Source: Candidatus Omnitrophota bacterium (GTDB taxonomy: Bacteria > Omnitrophota > Omnitrophia > Omnitrophales > Aquincolibacteriaceae). From it: a DNA stretch of 64,000 bases. Both the position numbers and the translations under genes were made by a program. This document shows, in pieces, positions 55,981 through 64,000 of the stretch. The stretch lies in NCBI GenBank assembly GCA_016930235.1, contig JAFGHI010000015.1:4218-68217 (forward strand), given 5' to 3'. A model generated the notes under the pieces. It did no database searches. It was not told where the DNA came from and saw only the letters and a list, made by a program, of their open reading frames with translations. How positions within the stretch are numbered: the first letter of the stretch is position 1; each line of letters starts with the position of its first letter.

Positions 55981-58233
55981 ATGACGGCCAATTCTTCTTC
56001 TCAACGGTTTTCTGTTTTTCTTTTTTCCGTAACTCTCTTTGTAAGCGCCTTTCTTTTATTTTCCGTCCAGCCGATGTTTGCCAAGATGGTCCTGCCGCTC
56101 TTGGGCGGCGCTCCGAATGTTTGGAACACCTGTCTCGTCTTCTTTCAGATGACACTCCTTCTTGGGTATTGTTACGCACACGTTTTGGCATCATTTAAAA
56201 TCCGTCACCAATTATGGATTCACGGACTTTTTCTGACGCTGGCTTTCTTGGCACTTCCGGTTGCGATCCCCCAGGGCGCCGTTCCGCCCACGAATACGAA
56301 CCCGGTGCCGTGGCTGTTGCGCATCCTCCTGGTCGGGATCGGGCTGCCTTTCTTTGTCGTCTCAACGACATCACCCCTTATCCAAAAGTGGTTCTCCGGG
56401 ATCAAGCACGCGTCGTCCCATGATCCTTATTTTCTTTATGCCGCAAGCAATCTTGGAAGCCTCATCGCCCTTTTAAGTTATCCGGTATGGATTGAGGCCG
56501 CCTGGGCCCTTCAAACCCAGAGCCACTATTGGGGACTCGTCTACATCCTTTTCTTCCTCCTGACATTATCCTGCGCCTTTTTACTGGTCCATTCGCAACG
56601 AAGACAAATAGAGTCACCGCAGGAAACAGCTTCTCTTACGAACCGGCCGCTCACGGCAAAAAAACGGTTATTCTGGATCCTCCTCGCTTTCGTCCCTTCA
56701 AGCCTGATGTTGGGAGTCACCACTTTTATCACGACGGATGTCGCCGCTGTTCCGCTGCTTTGGATCATTCCGCTCTCACTTTATCTTCTCTCATTTATCT
56801 TTGTCTTTGCAAAAAGAACCTGGATTTCCCCGGCTCTGATGAATTGGTCCTTTGCCTTTTTTGTGGTCCCGATCTTCATCAGCTTTGCCGCAAAAGCACC
56901 CGCACCGGCCTGGCTGCACATTCTCTTCTTTTTCACGGCCGCCATGATTTGCCATAAAAGGCTCGCTGACGACAGGCCGGACCCCAGGCACTTGACGGAA
57001 TTTTATCTGTGGATCTCTGTCGGCGGAGCCCTCGGCGGTTTCTTTAACGCCCTGGCCGCGCCCGTTCTCTTTTCGGATATCCTGGAATATCCATTTGTCA
57101 TTATCCTGCTTTGCTTCTTAAGGCCGAATCTAAGGCAGGAAAAAAAAAGGCCTTTTTTTCTCGCTCAAGATTTCGTCGCGCCTGTTCTCATTTTTTTAGT
57201 GGTCATCGCCATCAAACTTGTTTTCTATCAACTCAAAATCACACCTTCTTTAACTCATATGCTGACTCCGGCCAATATTGTGACCGTCATCTTTTTCTAT
57301 GCGGTCCCCGCCCTCCTGTGCTTTGTCTTCCGGAACCGCTCCGCAAGATTTGGGCTCTGCATTCTGGCTTTTTTCTCGGCACATTTATTCCTTTCACAAG
57401 TCGGCTGGTTTTCCAAAGAAAAAACCCTCCACCAGGAAAGGAGTTTCTTCGGGGTGACAACGGTGATCGAAACCCCAATCTACCGGATCTTGCGTCACGG
57501 GACCACGGTTCATGGGATGCAATTTCTCGACCCGGCAAAACAGCGGGAACCTCTTACCTATTTTCACCGTAAAGGACCGATCGGCGACATTTTCAAAACC
57601 GCTTACGGAAAAGGTCCCTTGGAAAAAATCGCTGTGGTGGGTCTAGGGGCGGGGACCCTTGCAAGCTACGCCAAGGAAGGCCAGCATTGGGATTTCTACG
57701 AGATCGATCCTGTCATCCAAAGGATCGCTGCGGACCCCGCTTATTTCACCTATCTTTCCGGTAGTAAGGCCGAAAACGAAATTATCCTCGGTGACGGCCG
57801 TTTGGAAATCGCCGGGGCCGCGGAGCAGTCCTACGATCTCATCTTTTTAGACGTCTTCAGTTCGGATGCCATCCCGGTTCACATCCTGACCAAAGAAGCC
57901 ATCCTACTTTACCTTTCGAAATTGAAACCCGAAGGAATGCTCGCCTTGAATATTTCCAACCGCTACCTCAAGCTCGAGACTGTATTGAGCAGTCTGGCAA
58001 AAACGCTCGGGTTGGTTTGTCTGGTGAAGTATGACATCAAGTCAACACTAAAAATCGACGAAAGCGGCAAGATATCCTCAGCCTGGGCCGTCCTAACGCG
58101 AAGACCGGAATCGGTTCAAAACCTAATCCATAAGGAAGATTGGAAACAGCTAACGGTCTATTCCAAACCGGCCGAATGGACGGACAATTACTCGAATATC
58201 CTCAGTCTCTATGAATGGGGAATCTTGAAATAG
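55981..58233 (+). CDS. Fused membrane (MFS-like) / spermidine-synthase-like protein
   Basis: N-terminal about 480 aa polytopic membrane domain. C-terminal IAVVGLGAGTLASYAKEGQHWDFYEIDPVI...DLIFLDVFSSD matches the spermidine synthase-like Rossmann fold. Confidence 0.7.
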   Translation: MTANSSSQRFSVFLFSVTLFVSAFLLFSVQPMFAKMVLPLLGGAPNVWNTCLVFFQMTLLLGYCYAHVLASFKIRHQLWIHGLFLTLAFLALPVAIPQGAVPPTNTNPVPWLLRILLVGIGLPFFVVSTTSPLIQKWFSGIKHASSHDPYFLYAASNLGSLIALLSYPVWIEAAWALQTQSHYWGLVYILFFLLTLSCAFLLVHSQRRQIESPQETASLTNRPLTAKKRLFWILLAFVPSSLMLGVTTFITTDVAAVPLLWIIPLSLYLLSFIFVFAKRTWISPALMNWSFAFFVVPIFISFAAKAPAPAWLHILFFFTAAMICHKRLADDRPDPRHLTEFYLWISVGGALGGFFNALAAPVLFSDILEYPFVIILLCFLRPNLRQEKKRPFFLAQDFVAPVLIFLVVIAIKLVFYQLKITPSLTHMLTPANIVTVIFFYAVPALLCFVFRNRSARFGLCILAFFSAHLFLSQVGWFSKEKTLHQERSFFGVTTVIETPIYRILRHGTTVHGMQFLDPAKQREPLTYFHRKGPIGDIFKTAYGKGPLEKIAVVGLGAGTLASYAKEGQHWDFYEIDPVIQRIAADPAYFTYLSGSKAENEIILGDGRLEIAGAAEQSYDLIFLDVFSSDAIPVHILTKEAILLYLSKLKPEGMLALNISNRYLKLETVLSSLAKTLGLVCLVKYDIKSTLKIDESGKISSAWAVLTRRPESVQNLIHKEDWKQLTVYSKPAEWTDNYSNILSLYEWGILK

Positions 58234-58291
58234 CCTGCCTGTTGTCCATTTTCTAAACCTTAAACAACCGCCGGGATAAACCGTTATCAGC

Positions 58292-59692
58292 TTAAAAATC
58301 CACCTGCCCGCGAAGACCGGCAATAACGACATTGGAACTCGCAAACTCCGGATCGTTGCCCGCCGGATTCCAGATCACCTGAAGATCAGGGCCGATGATC
58401 AGGTGATCATTGAGGGCGTAATTATAATAAAGCTCAAGGTGATGTTCGGTATCAGCAAGTCTCGTCTCTTGACCGATTTTGGTTGTCGCCAGATGATAAT
58501 CCCCTCCGGGGAACACTTGTCCGAACGCAATACCGATTCGATCGTCTGTTCTGTTCCAAAGTTGCCCGTCCAATTGAATACCAAAACTCCACGCGATCTC
58601 GGCATTGGAAACCGTCTCATCCTGCCAGCCGAAGCGGCTGAATAACGTGACCGTATCCGTAATGCACTGGTCGGCGCTCACACCCCAGCCGTGATTTTCG
58701 TCCCAAACCCGGTCGGTTTCCATCAGGTTGGTATGGTTAGTGTCATTGTGCCAGAAATAAAACCGGTAATTGCCGGGCAGATCTTCTCCCCAAAAATCCG
58801 GCTTCAAATTAATCTGCGCGAAACTAAAGGCCGTATCAAAAAAGTCATTGCCGTCCAGGTCCCCGTCAATCATCCCGCTTGTCACCTCAATCCACGGGGC
58901 CCACTCGGGAGCATAAATCCCACGGAAACCCAAATGATTGCCGGGCAGCTCCGTCACCACGGAATTGCGGAACATCAGACTCAGGAACTGCGACGCCTCA
59001 TCGTGCGCAATCTCGTTCTGATCCATGATGATTGTAGAGTCAAGATAACCGCCGGTCAAAGTCAACTGATGGTCCAACAGATAATGCTCATAATAAACCT
59101 CCGTCAGGGTAATCAGATTACCCGAGTCATCCGCATCCCGGTTGATTGAAGCGAAGACATCGGCGAGATTGCGATCGACACCTGCGCCGTCCCCTGTTTC
59201 CAAATGAAGGAAGGCATATCCCCAATCGTCAAATTCTTTTTCCACCTCGAGATCAATCGAATAGCTGGCATCCGTTTCATCTTCGCCACGCTTGGCCCCG
59301 TGAATGTTATAGGCATGCTGTCCGACAAAGGTCGCGCCCGCCCCGAACTTCAAACCGCCCAGCCATTCGTAATTTTCGCGTTCTACGAGCGGGTGTTCAT
59401 AAACTTGCGCAGCCAGCTGTTTCATCTGATCATCGTCTATTTTGATATCGATTTTTCGTCCCCGGATTTCCTCGATATCCGCCTGGAGCTCCGCGAGACG
59501 GGCCTCCTGGTTCGCAATCATTTGATTCTGGTCTTCGATGACCGCCTTCTGGTCCAGCACCATTTTTTCCAGACGGTCAAAACGCTGAACGATCTGATCC
59601 AACGATTGCGCCGCAAGCTCGTTGGCCCATCCCGGCCCGGCGAAAATACTTATCCATAAAATTAGGCAAAAAAATCCGTAAAACAATTTCAT
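58292..59692 (-). CDS. Outer-membrane porin with N-terminal coiled-coil segment (OprB-like carbohydrate-porin architecture)
   Basis: Signal peptide, about 60-aa coiled coil (LDQIVQRFDRLEKMVLDQKAVIEDQNQMIANQEARLAELQADIEEIRG), beta-rich remainder ending ...GLRGQVDF. Confidence 0.5.
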   Translation of the reverse strand: MKLFYGFFCLILWISIFAGPGWANELAAQSLDQIVQRFDRLEKMVLDQKAVIEDQNQMIANQEARLAELQADIEEIRGRKIDIKIDDDQMKQLAAQVYEHPLVERENYEWLGGLKFGAGATFVGQHAYNIHGAKRGEDETDASYSIDLEVEKEFDDWGYAFLHLETGDGAGVDRNLADVFASINRDADDSGNLITLTEVYYEHYLLDHQLTLTGGYLDSTIIMDQNEIAHDEASQFLSLMFRNSVVTELPGNHLGFRGIYAPEWAPWIEVTSGMIDGDLDGNDFFDTAFSFAQINLKPDFWGEDLPGNYRFYFWHNDTNHTNLMETDRVWDENHGWGVSADQCITDTVTLFSRFGWQDETVSNAEIAWSFGIQLDGQLWNRTDDRIGIAFGQVFPGGDYHLATTKIGQETRLADTEHHLELYYNYALNDHLIIGPDLQVIWNPAGNDPEFASSNVVIAGLRGQVDF

Positions 59693-59755
59693 CTCATTCC
59701 CCCCAGTTAATGTGTTACTAATTATTTATTCGTGCCACCTTCGGCGAAAAAAATA

Positions 59756-60151
59756 TTAGCGGATCGGACAGGTAATAAGCTCGCCGCTTTTGATCCCTTT
59801 TAAGCCGATCATCTTTTTCGCGAGATCATTCAATTCCTTGGCGCGGCCTTTCAAGAGGATGGTTTCCAGGCAATTATCGTGGTCGAGGTGAACGTGCTGG
59901 CCGGAGAGGATCAAATGATGGAAATCATGCTGAAGACAAACCAGTTTATTGAGTAATTCGCGTTTGTGATGATCGTAGACAATCGCCAGGCAGCCGGTCA
60001 CGAGTTTGTTCCCCTGACAATCCTCCCGGATCAAAGTCTTACGGATCAAAAAACGGATTGCCTGCGAACGGTTGGGCAATTTATGTTTCTGGACTAACCG
60101 GTCCAGTTCGCGCAATAAGTCATCTTCTAAAGAAACACCGAATCGTTTCAT
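59756..60151 (-). CDS. nikR: Nickel-responsive regulator NikR (ribbon-helix-helix + metal-binding domain)
   Basis: MKRFGVSLEDDLLRELDRLV...NRSQAIRFLIR (RHH). C-terminal H-rich LQHDFHHLILSGQHVHLDHDNCLE. Confidence 0.8.
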   Translation of the reverse strand: MKRFGVSLEDDLLRELDRLVQKHKLPNRSQAIRFLIRKTLIREDCQGNKLVTGCLAIVYDHHKRELLNKLVCLQHDFHHLILSGQHVHLDHDNCLETILLKGRAKELNDLAKKMIGLKGIKSGELITCPIR

Positions 60152-60213
60152 CTTGAAATCTTCTCCGATCCACGCATTCTAGCCCAAGTTTTCAAATGAC
60201 CACTACAAATATT

Positions 60214-61131
60214 TTAAGCTGCCACTCTCTTCAAGGAAAAACAGGTCACGACGGCAGCCACCGCCCACCCCAAAAGAAAGGTGGCAAAGACACCGATCAT
60301 CCCGGCCAGTCCTGTGGACAAAGCCTCAACCGGGATCCCTGCGACGGCATAATCAGGCATCGGACTCGCAAAGGCCGGGGCCGCTTCGTGAAGAAACTGA
60401 TATTTTTCGGCGACCCACTCCAAGCCGTCCGGAAAACCGCTCGCAAAAGGGCTCAAGAGACCGGCAATCAATCCCGAAGCCAGAAGCGGAGCCCCAATGA
60501 TCCATTCCGGCACCTTTTCATAAGTCTCTTCCGCAAACAAATAATAAGCGGAAAGTGTGATGAGCGCCTCGCCGATCCCGATCAGCGCATGGGTCCCCAA
60601 CATGGAGACGGCCACTTTTGAAAAATCAATGGTCCCGGCAACGGCAAGTTCAAGGCTGCAAGCAAAAGCGGCCGCCACAACCGAAATCCAGGCAACCGAT
60701 CCAACCGACACAATCCGTTTCAAGGAAGTAAACGGGAAAGACCGAACCCTCTTGCTTCGCAAGATCCCCCCCAAACCCGCACCGATCACCGCCATATTGA
60801 GGACGTTCGCCCCCAAAACCGAAAAACCGCCGTCTGAAAAAAGAAGGCACTGGACTGAAACCACCAGGGCCATTGCCAGGATCCCGAAAGGTGTCCCCAA
60901 AAGCGCCGAGGCCAAGACACCGCCCAATAAATGTCCCGATGTCCCGTTTTGAATCGGAAAATTCATCATCTGACCTGAGAAAATGAGCGCGGCCACCGCC
61001 CCGAAACGCGCAGCCTTCGGTCTTTCTTTGGATTTCACCGCCGCGACCGCGGCTCCAACGATTCCCACGGCGCTTACAGCCGCCGTGACAGGGCAAATCG
61101 TACCGTTTAACATTTCATTAGGAATATGCAT
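60214..61131 (-). CDS. CbiM/NikM-family ECF-transporter substrate-capture component (Ni/Co), possibly fused with an N-like segment
   Basis: Start at MHIPNEMLNG, the MHIPDG-type CbiM/NikM N-terminus. 7+ TM helices. Directly upstream of nikR. Confidence 0.75.
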   Translation of the reverse strand: MHIPNEMLNGTICPVTAAVSAVGIVGAAVAAVKSKERPKAARFGAVAALIFSGQMMNFPIQNGTSGHLLGGVLASALLGTPFGILAMALVVSVQCLLFSDGGFSVLGANVLNMAVIGAGLGGILRSKRVRSFPFTSLKRIVSVGSVAWISVVAAAFACSLELAVAGTIDFSKVAVSMLGTHALIGIGEALITLSAYYLFAEETYEKVPEWIIGAPLLASGLIAGLLSPFASGFPDGLEWVAEKYQFLHEAAPAFASPMPDYAVAGIPVEALSTGLAGMIGVFATFLLGWAVAAVVTCFSLKRVAA

Positions 61132-61336
61132 AAAAACCCTCCTTAAATTTTTGATAATGGAGTAATCGTCCAACGCAACCTTGTCATTAAGGCTACCGGA
61201 TGGGTGTTACTTTTTGAAAAAAGATGATACCACTCAAAAAGGGATTGTCAAACGGTTTCTGGGCAAGCAATGGATTAGAAATAAAAATGGGTTTTTCCGG
61301 AGGACAGATTTGATTCGAAGACCGCGTTCCCGCTGC

Positions 61337-61861
61337 TCAACTTTTATCCTCCCCTTTTCGGAATAAGGAGAGATATTCGCCGTAGCCTTCGGACTCGAGA
61401 TTCTCGAGCGGAACAAATCGTAGGGCCGCGGAATTGATACAGTAGCGGCGTCCCGTCGGCTGAGGGCCGTCTTCAAACACGTGCCCAAGATGCGAGTCGG
61501 CCTCTTTGCTGCGGACTTCTGTCCTTTCCATCAACATCCGCTTGTCTTTCTGGGTCATCACATTCTCAGATTGAATCGGGCGCGTAAAACTCGGCCAACC
61601 GGTACCCGAATCGTATTTATCAAGGGAACTGAAAAGCGGCTCGCCGGAGACCACATCCACATAAATCCCGGGGCGTTTATGGTCCCAGAATTCATTATTG
61701 AAAGGGGCCTCGGTCCCGTCTTCCTGCGTCACATGATATTGAATGGATGTCAGCTTCTCCTTCATCTCTTTGGGGTCCATGGTCTTCGCCTCCTCGGCAT
61801 AAACACTTATGCCTAGAATGAAAAATATCAGGATACCTGCTCCCAATCCGCCTAGTCTCAT
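61337..61861 (-). CDS. msrB: Peptide-methionine (R)-S-oxide reductase MsrB (secreted)
   Basis: Signal peptide. GTGWPSF and CINSAAL catalytic Cys motifs. [10 protein letters not shown]. Confidence 0.85.
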   Translation of the reverse strand: MRLGGLGAGILIFFILGISVYAEEAKTMDPKEMKEKLTSIQYHVTQEDGTEAPFNNEFWDHKRPGIYVDVVSGEPLFSSLDKYDSGTGWPSFTRPIQSENVMTQKDKRMLMERTEVRSKEADSHLGHVFEDGPQPTGRRYCINSAALRFVPLENLESEGYGEYLSLFRKGEDKS

Positions 61862-61950
61862 TTTAGGGCGCCTCGCAAGGTATAACGCTACCGAAGTTTA
61901 GGAAGTTCCGAAGCAAGAAGTTTGAAGCCTGCCGCTTGCCGCTGCGACTA

Positions 61951-62832
61951 TTAGGAGCTGTAAACCAACGCCGCCAATCCCTTGTCCAACAATGTCTGAT
62001 TGATGTAGGTCTTCCCCGCCCAAATATCTGCCAGATACCGATCATATTTATCGGATTTTGAAGTGGTTATCAGGATTTCTTTGCCGGGTTTGAGCTTGCC
62101 CTGAAGAAAACTTTTGGCCTTACGTCCCGCCGGTTCTGTAAGTTCGGGCGTATCGATCCCGCGAAGCCTGAGTTTCTGGTGCGTAAAATAATTCGCGTTT
62201 AAGGAAACTTTCGCCCACACCGTATCTCCGTCAATCACCCGCTCAATCTCGGCCTTATAGGTATAAGAAGACATCCGGACTTCATATTTCCTGCCTGGCG
62301 GTAAATTGTGGTAGACCTCAAATCCCAAATCAGCAATCCACCTTGTCCCCGATCGGAAGATCCCGTACTCCCCTATCTTCCCTTTCTTCGGAAGGAGACA
62401 CGCTAAAATGTTTTCCTCGTCTTTGCCCGCTTTCAACTGGCGGATTTTTGCGCGAAGAACGCGCTTACTCCAGCCCTTCGCTGCCGCCTGTTTTGTCAAA
62501 CGCTCTCTTAATGCCGGATCATTCACGGTAAGCAACGCTTCATAGTGTCCCCATTTCATTTTTCCGTCCGGACGGAAAAATGGATATGCGCGGGCGAATT
62601 CAAGGCAATAGTAGAGATATGTTTTCTTGAAATTTAAGTCACGGGCCAATCGCACCAGCAAAAAGGAACCCTTCGGCGCACGTTTTTGATACTTCAGGAT
62701 ATACCGGTCAATCGCCCGGCCCATGTCCCAATTCACCTGCAGCCTTGTCTTCTCGATACGCGATTTACCTGCGGTAGATAAACGTTTGAGCCGGCTGATA
62801 AGCTTTGGGTAGGCGGATAAGGTAGATGTCAT
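61951..62832 (-). CDS. Fusion protein: YhcG/DUF1016 N-terminal-like helical domain + C-terminal staphylococcal-nuclease (SNase/thermonuclease) domain
   Basis: N-terminus KTRLQVNWDMGRAIDRYILKYQ...YYCLEFARAYPFF. C-terminus IDGDTVWAKV...LRLRGIDTPE...DKYDRYLADIW...NQTLLDKGLA (SNase catalytic and Ca-binding pattern). Confidence 0.6.
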   Translation of the reverse strand: MTSTLSAYPKLISRLKRLSTAGKSRIEKTRLQVNWDMGRAIDRYILKYQKRAPKGSFLLVRLARDLNFKKTYLYYCLEFARAYPFFRPDGKMKWGHYEALLTVNDPALRERLTKQAAAKGWSKRVLRAKIRQLKAGKDEENILACLLPKKGKIGEYGIFRSGTRWIADLGFEVYHNLPPGRKYEVRMSSYTYKAEIERVIDGDTVWAKVSLNANYFTHQKLRLRGIDTPELTEPAGRKAKSFLQGKLKPGKEILITTSKSDKYDRYLADIWAGKTYINQTLLDKGLAALVYSS

Positions 62833-62968
62833 AGAGATAGTTTAAAGTTTCTAGTTTCTTGTTTCAAGGGGTCTATCATGTTCCGACTAGAAACCGGCAA
62901 CGGATAACACACCGTCAGGACCTGCCCTTGCAGTTACCTTACGCTCCCGTGATTTGCTATAATGCGGC

Positions 62969-64000
62969 ATGCCGGATACGAATCGAGATATTTTCCTTCC
63001 CACAACGCACTCTGAAATGGAAGGCCGCGGCTGGGACGAACTGGACGTCATCCTGATTACCGGAGACGCTTATGTCGACCATCCTTCCTACGGAGCGGCG
63101 GTTATCGGACGCGTGCTCGAAGACGCGGGGTTCCGTACCGGGATCATCGCCCAGCCGGACTGGAAGAAGACCGCGGATTTCAAAAAACTCGGGAGGCCGA
63201 AACTCTTTTTCGGAATCACGGCCGGCAATCTTGATTCGGCGCTCAGCAATTACACGCCGGCCAGAAAAATCCGGCACAAGGATTATTATTCCCCCGGCGG
63301 ACGGTCCGGACTCCGGCCCAATCTCGCAACCGTTGTGTACGCCAATAAAGTCCGCGAAGCGTGGCCGGGCGCACCGGTCGTGATCGGCGGCATCGAGGCA
63401 AGCCTCCGGCGGCTCGCTCATTACAGCTATTGGGATGACAGTGTCCGCCGTTCGATCCTGCTGGATGCCAAGGCCGACATCCTCGTCTACGGAATGGGAG
63501 AAAGACAGACCGTTGAAATTGCAAAGCGGATCCGCGACGGCGAAGACATCAAACACTTGGACGGAATCCCGGGAACGGTTGTCGCAAGATCCGCTCACCT
63601 CCAAATTCCAAAGTCCGTCACCCTCCCGTCTTATGAAGAGGTACGCAAGGATCCGGTAAAATTCAACGAGGCCTTCAAACTTTCTTATTATGAATGTGAT
63701 GCCGTACGGGGCCGGCCCGTCGTCCAGCCGCACGCAGATCGTTCCATTATCCAGTATCCGCCGCCGCTGCCTTTAAAAACGGCCGAGATCGATCACCTTT
63801 ATGATCTTCCTTTTACACGCCGCTGGCATCCCTGTTACGACGTCGAGGGCGGCGTGCCGGGATTTGAAGTCGTACGCTTTTCGATCACCTCCCACCGCGG
63901 CTGTTCGGCCGAATGCAATTTCTGTTCGCTTTACGCGCATCAGGGCCGCATCATCCAGAGCCGCAGCCACGATTCGATCCTGCGCGAAGTCAAGCGGATC
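62969..64000 (+). CDS. ygiQ: YgiQ-family radical SAM protein (UPF0313), N-terminal 344 aa. Continues beyond the right edge.
   Basis: Own translation from the ATG at 62969: MPDTNRDIFLPTTHSEMEGRGWDELDVILITGDAYVDHPSYGAAVIGRVLEDAGFRTGIIAQPDW... open to position 64000. Radical-SAM cluster motif CSAECNFC near 63900. Missing from the ORF track because it is edge-truncated. Confidence 0.85.
   Translation, partial: MPDTNRDIFLPTTHSEMEGRGWDELDVILITGDAYVDHPSYGAAVIGRVLEDAGFRTGIIAQPDWKKTADFKKLGRPKLFFGITAGNLDSALSNYTPARKIRHKDYYSPGGRSGLRPNLATVVYANKVREAWPGAPVVIGGIEASLRRLAHYSYWDDSVRRSILLDAKADILVYGMGERQTVEIAKRIRDGEDIKHLDGIPGTVVARSAHLQIPKSVTLPSYEEVRKDPVKFNEAFKLSYYECDAVRGRPVVQPHADRSIIQYPPPLPLKTAEIDHLYDLPFTRRWHPCYDVEGGVPGFEVVRFSITSHRGCSAECNFCSLYAHQGRIIQSRSHDSILREVKRI

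Noticed and set aside
62957-63733. 258-aa minus-strand ORF
   Set aside because: Fully antisense to a plus-strand frame with unmistakable YgiQ radical-SAM motifs. No motif content of its own.
1-64000. CRISPR arrays, transposases/integrases or prophage remnants (checked especially around the five tRNA genes)
   Set aside because: No direct-repeat/spacer periodicity seen. No recombinase-like ORFs. The repeats in the giant genes are degenerate at protein level only.

Overview
This 64 kb bacterial chromosomal window has about 50% GC, is densely coding and is mostly transcribed on the minus strand. All product calls come from reading conserved motifs in the supplied six-frame translations and the raw sequence. 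No database search was run.

Housekeeping genes make up most of the window:
- GDP-mannose synthesis: a manC-like gene (partial at the left edge) and a phosphohexomutase.
- A long minus-strand block: 5-FCL, YmdB-like, xseA, xseB, ispA, dxs, nadK, a REC protein, gltX, a HIT protein and an HTH-REC regulator.
- A second block: glyQ, glyS, ppdK, a sigma-70 and apt.
- Also leuS, surE, acpS and msrB.
- Five tRNAs: Leu-GAG, Gln-CUG, Arg-CCU, Leu-CAA and Ala-GGC.
- Several clear intrinsic terminators.

Accessory or unusual content:
- Two adjacent, mutually related giant membrane-anchored coiled-coil proteins (about 1311 and 873 aa) with a recurring W-E-x-K/R module. They sit next to a monocistronic outer-membrane beta-barrel gene.
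- A BtuB/BtuF/BtuC/BtuD-like TonB-receptor/ABC uptake operon. Its leader is about 640 nt with no ORF. The leader carries what look like two tandem, related cobalamin-riboswitch aptamers. The first is followed by an intrinsic terminator.
- A competence set: comEA, a divergent XRE-cupin regulator, and comEC. A perfect AT-rich 14-nt inverted repeat lies upstream of comEC.
- An ExeA-like AAA ATPase with a GspB-like partner, next to a GH35 glycosidase.
- A bactofilin fused to an excisionase-type HTH.
- A transglutaminase/ABC-exporter operon.
- A toxin-first RelE/HigB-like toxin and XRE-antitoxin pair with a palindromic operator.
- An ABC-F ATPase, a START-like secreted protein and a fused MFS/spermidine-synthase-like protein.
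- An OprB-like porin, nikR, and a CbiM/NikM-like Ni/Co ECF substrate component.
- A YhcG_N-like/SNase fusion nuclease.
- A YgiQ radical-SAM gene truncated at the right edge. It is absent from the ORF track, which instead lists a spurious antisense ORF.

No CRISPR array, transposase or integrase was seen.
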